NCBI GenBank assembly: GCA_002373815.1
Contig: DFKH01000096.1
Span: 1-43,433, forward strand
DNA from: Alphaproteobacteria bacterium UBA3650
GTDB lineage: Bacteria > Pseudomonadota > Alphaproteobacteria > CAAHEQ01 > UBA3637
Length of the DNA stretch: 43,433 bases
Direction: 5' to 3'
The notes below the pieces were generated by a model that was not told where the DNA came from, ran no database searches, and saw nothing but the letters and a program-made list of their open reading frames with translations. Both the position numbers and the translations under genes were made by a program. Shown here piece after piece: positions 28,895 through 35,341 of the stretch; the stretch's first letter is position 1; each line of letters starts with the position of its first letter.

Positions 28895-29614
28895 CTAAAC
28901 ATTTCCAAACCGACGTTCACGACGTCCATAAGCCTCAATTGCAATGTCCAAATCTTGCTCATTGAAATCTGGCCAATAAATGGGCGTAAAATAAAGCTCA
29001 GCATAAGCAATTTCCCACAATAAGAAATTACTTAAACGTTGTTCCCCACTTGTACGAATCACCAAATCAGGATAAGGAATCCCATGCGTTGAAAGCGCAT
29101 TGTGGACAACATTTTCATCGATATTAGAAATCATATATTGACGATCAATCACATCCATAGCGATACGTTTAATCGCCGCAATCATATCATCTCTAGCGCC
29201 ATATGAAAGAGCTAAAATCACATGAAAAGAATCAAATTCAGCCGTTTCACGCTCAACCTCATTCATGCGTTCTTGCATATCTTCTGGGAAACGAGTTCTG
29301 TCACCAATAAAAGAAACACGAATTTTCTTTTTTTGAAGTTCAGCCACATCTTCCTTCATATATTTACGAAAGATATCCATCAAAACTTTTACTTCTTCCT
29401 TTGGACGACTCCAATTTTCAGAAGAAAAAGCGTACAATGTCACATACTTCACACCACGAGACTTGGCATGGTCCAAAATGACACGCACATTTTCCGCACC
29501 AGCTTTATGCCCTTCGGTACGAATTAAACCTTTTTCGGCGGCCCAACGCCCATTACCATCCATAATGATAGCAATATGTTCAGGAACTTTATTATCTTCT
29601 ATCTTTGTCATCAT
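28895..29614 (-). CDS. uppS: Undecaprenyl pyrophosphate synthase
   Basis: HIAIIMDGNGRWA motif and a C-terminal RRFG. One-nucleotide overlap with the frr stop. Confidence 0.9.
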   Translation of the reverse strand: MMTKIEDNKVPEHIAIIMDGNGRWAAEKGLIRTEGHKAGAENVRVILDHAKSRGVKYVTLYAFSSENWSRPKEEVKVLMDIFRKYMKEDVAELQKKKIRVSFIGDRTRFPEDMQERMNEVERETAEFDSFHVILALSYGARDDMIAAIKRIAMDVIDRQYMISNIDENVVHNALSTHGIPYPDLVIRTSGEQRLSNFLLWEIAYAELYFTPIYWPDFNEQDLDIAIEAYGRRERRFGNV

Positions 29615-30168
29615 TAAACTTGCTTGATCTCTACTTCTTTGGCTTTTAATGTTTCATCCAATTTGGCAATTGTTTTATCTGTCAAATCTTGGATTTCTTT
29701 TTCATAACGTTTGTAATCGTCCTCAGAAATTGCGTCTTTAATTGCCTTCAACGCATCCAATGCTTCACGGCGATAATTACGCACAGAAACACGCACTTCC
29801 TCGGTATAACGCCCAGCAATCTTCACGATTTCCAAACGACGTTCCTCGGATAGGGGGGGAATCGGCAGACGAATCAGTTGCCCATCATTCATAGGATTCA
29901 AGCCCAAATTGGCTTCTGTAATCGCTTTTTCCACAGCTTTAATTAAACTTTTATCCCAGACGGAAATGGACAGGGTGCGCGCATCCGGCACACTCACATT
30001 TCCGACTTGGTTCAAGGGGACAACCGAGCCATAGGCTTCCACCATAATACCGTCTAACAAGGCAGTAGTTGCACGTCCTGTACGCAGACCCGAAAACTCC
30101 TTTTTCAAAGCTTCCTCGGCCTTTGCCATATTATTTTGCATATCGGTTTTAATTTGTTCCCAACTCAT
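29614..30168 (-). CDS. frr: Ribosome recycling factor
   Basis: A 184-aa protein with an RRF-type sequence (LRTGRATTALLDGIMVEAYG). Confidence 0.95.
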   Translation of the reverse strand: MSWEQIKTDMQNNMAKAEEALKKEFSGLRTGRATTALLDGIMVEAYGSVVPLNQVGNVSVPDARTLSISVWDKSLIKAVEKAITEANLGLNPMNDGQLIRLPIPPLSEERRLEIVKIAGRYTEEVRVSVRNYRREALDALKAIKDAISEDDYKRYEKEIQDLTDKTIAKLDETLKAKEVEIKQV

Positions 30169-30188
30169 GAAAGTCCCCTTTCGTTTAA

Positions 30189-31073
30189 TTAGCCATTCAT
30201 TTGTGCAGCCACTTCGGCAGCAAAGTCTTCTTGCTTCTTTTCAATGCCTTCACCCAAAGCAAAGCGAGCAAAGGAAGTTACTGTCACACCAGCGGCGGCC
30301 AACACATCCTTGACCTTCTTGTCTGGATCCATCACAAAGGGTTGTTCCAGCAATACGGCTTCTTGATAGAACTTTTGCATACGGCCTTCCACCATTTTTT
30401 CAATAATGGCTTCTGGTTTGCCACTGGCTTTGGCTTGTTCAGCATAAATACTGCGTTCGTGGGCAGCTGTCTCGGCATCCACATCCGCCACACTCAAAAA
30501 TTTTGGAGCGGTTGCGGCAATGTGCATCGCCACTTGTTTAGCCACTTCGGCAGCATTTGCCCCATTGGCGGCAACTAACACACCAATTTTGCACAAATCA
30601 TTACCCAATGTTGTGTGCAAATAAGGAACAACAGTTTCCCCTTCCACAACGGCGACACGACGCAAACTCATGTTCTCACCAATTTTCGCAATCAATGCAA
30701 CCACATTTTCTTGAACAGTGGAACCATTCATCGCTGTTGCTTTCAAAGCTTCCACATCATTGGAACCATTCAAAGCCACTTGGGTCACATCTTGCACAAA
30801 CTTTTGGAAATCGGCGTTTTTAGCAGCAAAGTCTGTTTCAATATTCACTTCCACCATGGCGCCCTTATTGCCAGCCACTTTCACGCCAACAGCACCTTGG
30901 TTTGCCACACGACCAGCTTTCTTTTCGGCCACGGACATCCCTTTTTTACGCAAAAAGTCAATAGCGGCTTCCAAATCACCATTTGTTTCCACCAATGCTT
31001 TTTTGCATTCCATCATTCCTGCGCCTGTTTTTTCGCGCAATTCACCAACTAATTTTGCTGTAATTTCAGCCAT
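30189..31073 (-). CDS. tsf: Elongation factor Ts
   Basis: N-terminal UBA-like motif LVGELREKTGAGMMECKKAL, 294 aa. Confidence 0.95.
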   Translation of the reverse strand: MAEITAKLVGELREKTGAGMMECKKALVETNGDLEAAIDFLRKKGMSVAEKKAGRVANQGAVGVKVAGNKGAMVEVNIETDFAAKNADFQKFVQDVTQVALNGSNDVEALKATAMNGSTVQENVVALIAKIGENMSLRRVAVVEGETVVPYLHTTLGNDLCKIGVLVAANGANAAEVAKQVAMHIAATAPKFLSVADVDAETAAHERSIYAEQAKASGKPEAIIEKMVEGRMQKFYQEAVLLEQPFVMDPDKKVKDVLAAAGVTVTSFARFALGEGIEKKQEDFAAEVAAQMNG

Positions 31074-31662
31074 TTGTTTTCTCCTTCCTTATACTTTGAA
31101 TTATTTGTTTTGCGTTTATAGAAGACCCTTTTTCTTCCAAAATTTCAAGGGATTTTAGTTTTTGTTGAGATTCAAAAAGCGTTTTTTGAGCTTTCTCACA
31201 TGCCTGTCTGGCACTTAAAATAGCCCCTAATCTATCCAACATTGGATGATTATCATAAACACGTTGCGGATTATATTTGTATAATCCATTCAACGTCACC
31301 CATCTTTCTTTCGGACTTAATTCTGTCTGATAATTCTGTTCCTCTTCTTTTGATACAGGCGGTGCCAAACGACATGTTGTCGCAACACCATGCCCACCAA
31401 AAACACGAGAAACAAGCCATTGAATTTCGCGCAAATTGGGCAACAAATTTTCCAGCGGACGAAGCGTAAAGACCTCAGTCGGCTCAGTTTTATCTTTATC
31501 CTCTCCAATGTGCGCTGCAAATTTTTGGCCAGACGCCAAACCAACAGTGTAAAAGTACCCACCCTTTTTATCCATAAATACTTCCTTTTCCTTGTCGGTT
31601 GAAGGACGTACCAACGCAATTGGGGCAGATAAAATTTCTTTTACACTTGGTTTAGGCATCAT
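31066..31662 (-). CDS. Hypothetical 198-aa protein inserted between rpsB and tsf
   Basis: The ATG at 31662 is preceded by AGGA, which overlaps the rpsB stop. Its own stop overlaps the tsf start by 8 nt (ATGGCTGA). No motif I recognise. Confidence 0.6.
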   Translation of the reverse strand: MMPKPSVKEILSAPIALVRPSTDKEKEVFMDKKGGYFYTVGLASGQKFAAHIGEDKDKTEPTEVFTLRPLENLLPNLREIQWLVSRVFGGHGVATTCRLAPPVSKEEEQNYQTELSPKERWVTLNGLYKYNPQRVYDNHPMLDRLGAILSARQACEKAQKTLFESQQKLKSLEILEEKGSSINAKQIIQSIRKEKTNG

Positions 31663-31670
31663 CAAAGTCC

Positions 31671-32438
31671 TTATGCTTTTTCCTCTTCAGCAACCACTTC
31701 TTCTTTGACTTCTTCGGCAGCGCCGACATCGACACCCGCGGCTTTCAGCTCAGCTTGAATACCATCCAAAGCAGCACCAGCCATCAAGTTACAGTATAAA
31801 GCAATTGCCTTGCCAGCATCATCATTACCTGGAACTGGATAAGTAATACCATCTGGATCTGCATTAGAGTCACAAATAGCAATCACGGGAATACCCAGTT
31901 TTTTGGCTTCCATAACGGCCAAATTTTCATGAGGAACATCAATCACAAACACGATATCTGGACGACCATTCATATCTTTAATACCACCGAAAGCAGCCAT
32001 CAATTTTTCGCGTTCGCGTTCAATGTTTAATTTTTCTTTCTTGGTGAGTCCTTCATAAGCTCCTTTTTCTTGTTTGGATTCAATTTCTTTCAAACGTTTG
32101 ATACTAGCAGAAATTGTTTTCCAGTTTGTGAGCATACCACCCAACCAACGTTGATTCACATAGAATTGACCACAACGACCAGCAGCATCCGCCACCAAAT
32201 CACGAGCCTGAGCCTTTGTGCCGACAAATAAAATTTTACCACCTTTGGCAGCCACATCACGAACAGCTTCCATTGCACGATAGAGCATCGGCACGGTTTG
32301 GTTTAAATCCATGATATGCACACCTTCACGTGTACCATAAATATAAGGAGCCATCTTTGGGTTCCATCTGCGGGCATTATGCCCAAAATGAACACCAGCT
32401 TCAATCAGCTGACGCATAGTAATTGTTGGAATAGACAT
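31671..32438 (-). CDS. rpsB: 30S ribosomal protein S2
   Basis: [21 protein letters not shown]-terminus. The start was trimmed from the ORF-track extension to the ATG at 32438. Confidence 0.95.
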   Translation of the reverse strand: MSIPTITMRQLIEAGVHFGHNARRWNPKMAPYIYGTREGVHIMDLNQTVPMLYRAMEAVRDVAAKGGKILFVGTKAQARDLVADAAGRCGQFYVNQRWLGGMLTNWKTISASIKRLKEIESKQEKGAYEGLTKKEKLNIEREREKLMAAFGGIKDMNGRPDIVFVIDVPHENLAVMEAKKLGIPVIAICDSNADPDGITYPVPGNDDAGKAIALYCNLMAGAALDGIQAELKAAGVDVGAAEEVKEEVVAEEEKA

Positions 32439-32614
32439 TTTTAATCCTTTCTTTTTCCAGTTATTCCTCTGCAGGGATAATATGCCGAAATTCATTTTCC
32501 GACACACCGGAAGCGATCTTATGGAACTCCCACAAGGCGCCTGCCCTGCATGTTTATTTGCTGCTTTTTTTTAAACAGCGCGATTATTATAACAAAATTT
32601 TATTCAAAAATCAA
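32439..32614 (-). promoter_or_regulatory. rpsB promoter (TTGATT, 17 nt, TATAAT) and a ~140-nt structured leader
   Basis: On the plus strand, the -35 complement is at 32609-32614 and the -10 complement at 32586-32591, with a 17-nt spacer. A long-range 7-bp helix (32470-32476 with 32544-32550) encloses about 67 nt. Confidence 0.5.
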
Positions 32615-32634
32615 GAAAATTTTGAGATTTTATG

Positions 32635-33219
32635 TTATTTTTCTTTTTTGAACAAGCGGACAAACATACGCGGCGCAAAGAACGTTTTTCGTCGCGTATG
32701 ATTTTGTTCGGATTGATATGTTTGATACATCCACTCCACAGACTTTTCATTCCATTCTGTGGGATGCAATCCAAGATAATATACCACATTACGTCTGACA
32801 GAATCCGACGGATAACAATCTGGCTCAGCAAAAACTCGGGCCACCGATAAAGGGTTAAAAGACAGCTGTACCATGGGAACTTGCTGCACGCTTGCTAATT
32901 GCTCTTGAGATTGATTATAAGCATCCAACACCCGTTTATCCCAATAAATGTTAGGCCTTTGCTTGGTAAAATCAAACGATTCATTTGTGTGAGATAATAA
33001 AAAGGCAAAATTAAATACCCTTCCCCAGTCCATAGTGTCCTGTTTTTTGTATTGGGTCAACATACGGTGTCCTCTGCGGTAGGCATCCCGTAAAGCCCTA
33101 TTTTTTGACATTTCCTTTTTTAAATTCTGCCATTTGCTATGCCATGCCAAATAGGATAATTGTTCTAAATCATCATTTTTTTCAAAACCATGTGTATGTT
33201 CATAAGGAGCCATATTCAT
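32635..33219 (-). CDS. Hypothetical 194-aa protein, divergent from recA
   Basis: Start MNMAPYEH, preceded by GAAGGA and by a TTGACA, 17 nt, TATACT promoter. The longer ORF-track form runs into recA and was trimmed. No recognisable domain. Confidence 0.55.
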   Translation of the reverse strand: MNMAPYEHTHGFEKNDDLEQLSYLAWHSKWQNLKKEMSKNRALRDAYRRGHRMLTQYKKQDTMDWGRVFNFAFLLSHTNESFDFTKQRPNIYWDKRVLDAYNQSQEQLASVQQVPMVQLSFNPLSVARVFAEPDCYPSDSVRRNVVYYLGLHPTEWNEKSVEWMYQTYQSEQNHTRRKTFFAPRMFVRLFKKEK

Positions 33220-33240
33220 TCCTTCAGCTATTTTTACGCT

Positions 33241-33269
33241 AGTATACCCTAATTTAACAAAATTGTCAA
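33241..33269 (-). promoter_or_regulatory. Promoter of the 194-aa orphan gene (TTGACA, 17 nt, TATACT)
   Basis: On the plus strand, tgtcaa is at 33264-33269 and agtata at 33241-33246, with a 17-nt spacer. Confidence 0.55.
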
Positions 33270-33297
33270 TTTTTTTTAGTCCAAAATAAAAAAGTTG

Positions 33298-33326
33298 TTG
33301 CAAATAATTTTTTTCTGTTTTATGAT
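33298..33326 (+). promoter_or_regulatory. recA promoter (TTGCAA, 17 nt, TATGAT)
   Basis: The -35 is at 33298-33303 and the -10 at 33321-33326, with a 17-nt spacer. Confidence 0.6.
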
Positions 33327-33330
33327 ATGA

Positions 33331-33345
33331 GAACAAAACGAGAAC
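33331..33345 (+). promoter_or_regulatory. Alphaproteobacterial-type LexA (SOS) box, GAAC-N7-GAAC
   Basis: GAACaaaacgaGAAC lies 5 nt downstream of the recA -10, covering the expected transcription start. It matches the direct-repeat GTTC-N7-GTTC / GAAC-N7-GAAC operator described for alphaproteobacteria. Confidence 0.65.
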
Positions 33346-33370
33346 GAATTTTAACAAGGAGTTGAAAAAT

Positions 33371-34405
33371 ATGGAAAAAGATAAAGCATTGGAAGCTGCG
33401 GTAGCACAAATTGAACGAGCCTTTGGCAAAGGATCCATTATGCGTTTGGGACAACAAGATAACGCTGTAGAAATTCCCGCCATTTCCACAGGCTCCTTGG
33501 GTTTGGATTTAGCATTAGGCATCGGTGGATTACCAAAAGGACGCATTATTGAAATTTATGGACCAGAAAGTTCTGGTAAAACAACTTTAGCCTTACACGT
33601 GGTCGCAGAAGCGCAAAAGTTAGGCGGTACTTGTGCCTATATTGATGCTGAACACGCCATGGATCCCAGCTATGCTCGCAAATTGGGTGTCAACATTGAC
33701 GATTTGTTGATTTCTCAGCCAGATACGGGCGAACAAGCTTTGGAAATTGCCGATACATTGGTGCGCTCTGGAACACTGTCTGTGTTGGTGGTGGACTCTG
33801 TGGCTGCTTTGGTGCCAAAAGCTGAATTAGAAGGCGATATGGGTGATTCTCACATGGGATTACAAGCTCGTTTGATGAGCCAAGCTCTGCGCAAATTGAC
33901 TGCCTCTGTAGCGCGGGCAAACACATTGGTCATCTTCATCAACCAGATTCGTATGAAAATTGGCGTGATGTTTGGTAACCCAGAAACAACAACGGGCGGT
34001 AACGCTTTAAAATTCTATGCTTCCGTCCGTATGGATATCCGCCGTATTGGATCGGTCAAAGATCATGAAGATGTCATTGGCAACCAAACACGTGTCAAGA
34101 TTGTGAAAAACAAAGTCGCTCCACCATTTAAAACGGTTGATTTTGATATCTTGTATGGCGAAGGCATCTCGAAAATGGGTGAACTGATTGATTTAGGTAT
34201 CAAGGCGGGATTAGTAGAAAAAGCAGGCGCCTGGTTCTCGTATAAAGACGAACGTATTGGTCAAGGTCGCGAAGCCGCCAAAGCTTGGCTGAAAGAACAT
34301 ACTAAAGAAGCCGAGGAATTGGAAAAAGCAATTCGTGACCACGCCAAAGATATTTCTAAAGACATGATTGTTGGCGATCATGATGCTTCCACTGAAGCCG
34401 AATAA
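33371..34405 (+). CDS. recA: Recombinase RecA
   Basis: Walker [10 protein letters not shown] and the [25 protein letters not shown]-terminus. GGAG lies 10 nt upstream of the ATG at 33371. Confidence 0.95.
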   Translation: MEKDKALEAAVAQIERAFGKGSIMRLGQQDNAVEIPAISTGSLGLDLALGIGGLPKGRIIEIYGPESSGKTTLALHVVAEAQKLGGTCAYIDAEHAMDPSYARKLGVNIDDLLISQPDTGEQALEIADTLVRSGTLSVLVVDSVAALVPKAELEGDMGDSHMGLQARLMSQALRKLTASVARANTLVIFINQIRMKIGVMFGNPETTTGGNALKFYASVRMDIRRIGSVKDHEDVIGNQTRVKIVKNKVAPPFKTVDFDILYGEGISKMGELIDLGIKAGLVEKAGAWFSYKDERIGQGREAAKAWLKEHTKEAEELEKAIRDHAKDISKDMIVGDHDASTEAE

Positions 34406-34431
34406 AAATTCCTTCTTCTCCTGAAGGTTAT

Positions 34432-34460
34432 CCCCGTCTTTATCGGACGGGGATTCTTTT
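34432..34460 (+). terminator. Rho-independent terminator after recA
   Basis: CCCCGTC (34432-34438), TTTATCG loop, GACGGGG (34446-34452) hairpin followed by ATTCTTTT. Confidence 0.7.
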
Positions 34461-34644
34461 AAATAGATTGAGAAGTACAATTTTCGTTGTGAACAACAGC
34501 CAAAAAAGCATTATGCATCATCATACATTTTTCCACCATCAGTTCACCGGATTTGCTACGCGAAATATTTGTTACATAGGGGCCTGCCTGCGTACAAGCG
34601 CTCAATAAAATGCCACACAAACACAATAAAAGATACTTTGTCAT
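34459..34644 (-). CDS. Tiny lipoprotein (61 aa)
   Basis: Lipobox LLSAC (MTKYLLLCLCGILLSAC). AGGAAG lies about 6 nt upstream of the ATG. Confidence 0.5.
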   Translation of the reverse strand: MTKYLLLCLCGILLSACTQAGPYVTNISRSKSGELMVEKCMMMHNAFLAVVHNENCTSQSI

Positions 34645-34663
34645 TTAAACTTCCTTTTGTCAT

Positions 34664-34689
34664 AAAAAATGTCGCTTGACGAAAGCGAC
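34664..34689 (-). terminator. Intrinsic terminator or attenuator hairpin immediately upstream of the 61-aa lipoprotein gene
   Basis: Minus-sense GTCGCT, TTCGTCA loop, AGCGAC followed by ATTTTTT. It ends about 20 nt before the lipoprotein ATG. Confidence 0.5.
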
Positions 34690-34837
34690 TGGAAGTTTAC
34701 AGCTATTCACAGAAATAGTGCGTATATTTGACTAGAAGTCTTATTTTACGCCTTCCAGCCTTGCTGGAAGTTTTATGTCTTATCTCAGACATCCATGAAG
34801 AGGCTGTAAACCCTCTAGACTGGGCGTCACCCAATCC
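34690..34837 (-). ncRNA. Candidate structured RNA: either the 5' leader/attenuator of the lipoprotein gene or an independent ~170-nt sRNA
   Basis: It is bounded by a TTGACA, 17 nt, TATGCT promoter and the terminator at 34664-34689. A 9-bp closing helix (34695-34703 with 34803-34811) encloses at least two hairpins (7-bp 34753-34759 with 34764-34770; ATGTCT-N6-AGACAT just downstream in plus coordinates). A 10-nt repeat offers alternative pairing. I recognise no known RNA family. Confidence 0.35.
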
Positions 34838-34843
34838 AAAATA

Positions 34844-34872
34844 AGCATAGCATTTTTACGCCCACCTGTCAA
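34844..34872 (-). promoter_or_regulatory. Promoter (TTGACA, 17 nt, TATGCT) driving the structured RNA / lipoprotein transcript
   Basis: On the plus strand, tgtcaa is at 34867-34872 and agcata at 34844-34849, with a 17-nt spacer. The -10 hexamer is the same as in the tRNA-Ser promoter. Confidence 0.55.
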
Positions 34873-34886
34873 GATGAACTTTAGAT

Positions 34887-34916
34887 ATAAAAACCCCGCC
34901 CAAATTGGACGGGGCC
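34887..34916 (-). terminator. Terminator of the 93-aa lipoprotein gene
   Basis: Minus-sense GGCCCCGTCC, AATTT loop, GGGCGGGG hairpin followed by TTTTTAT. Confidence 0.6.
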
Positions 34917-34935
34917 TTATATTCACAAACGGTGT

Positions 34936-35217
34936 CTATTCTGCTGTCTTGGCGGCCTTCAACGCAGTCAATACATTGGTAGCAGCTGTCACAGATTCTT
35001 CGCTTAAACCTGATTTTTCCAAAGCCAATTGCTTCAAGCAAGCTGTGGAAATATTCTTAGCTAACGTTTTTACTTCAGTTGTCAGCAAAGATCCATCATT
35101 CAAAGCAGCATAAGCTTTTTGAGTTAAACAGGTGTTTAATGAGGCATTTGAGGTATTGGCTGTTGTACCACAAGCAGACAAGGCCAACGCCATTCCAACA
35201 ATCAATAATTTACGCAT
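34936..35217 (-). CDS. Small lipoprotein (93 aa), Ala/Thr-rich
   Basis: Lipobox ALSAC (MRKLLIVGMALALSAC). The start was trimmed to the ATG at 35217, downstream of its own promoter. Confidence 0.55.
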   Translation of the reverse strand: MRKLLIVGMALALSACGTTANTSNASLNTCLTQKAYAALNDGSLLTTEVKTLAKNISTACLKQLALEKSGLSEESVTAATNVLTALKAAKTAE

Positions 35218-35248
35218 ATTAAAATCCTTTCTTTTGTTTTGCCTTGCC

Positions 35249-35277
35249 ATTTTATACCCCTTTTTTGTTTTTGTCAA
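35249..35277 (-). promoter_or_regulatory. Promoter of the 93-aa lipoprotein gene (TTGACA, 17 nt, TAAAAT)
   Basis: On the plus strand, tgtcaa is at 35272-35277 and atttta at 35249-35254, with a 17-nt spacer. Confidence 0.55.
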
Positions 35278-35282
35278 ATACC

Positions 35283-35311
35283 TTGACTTTAGAGCGTTTT
35301 TTTGATAAAAT
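35283..35311 (+). promoter_or_regulatory. alaS promoter (TTGACT, 17 nt, TAAAAT, with an extended -10 TG)
   Basis: The -35 is at 35283-35288 and TGATAAAAT at 35303-35311. It sits back-to-back with the divergent lipoprotein promoter. Confidence 0.6.
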
Positions 35312-35341
35312 AGACGTAATTTTTAAAAAGGAGAATTGACA

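Noticed and set aside
30201-31158. A stack of plus-strand ORFs (88-146 aa) overlapping tsf.
   Set aside because: All are antisense to the well-supported EF-Ts gene and overlap each other in different frames. None has independent support.
33220-33546. The N-terminal extension of ORF 32635..33546, which would overlap recA and its promoter.
   Set aside because: The extension runs antisense through the recA start, the SOS box and two promoters. An internal ATG with its own Shine-Dalgarno and promoter explains the gene better.
34690-34837. Whether the structured intergenic RNA is tmRNA, 6S, SRP RNA or RNase P RNA.
   Set aside because: It has no T-loop GTTCGA-type element, no tag-peptide ORF and no CCA end, which argues against tmRNA, including the two-piece alphaproteobacterial form. 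It lacks the conserved SRP domain IV sequence and the RNase P GAGGAAAGTCC box. Its 5' and 3' ends do not pair into a long 6S-like rod. It is therefore left as an unclassified candidate.
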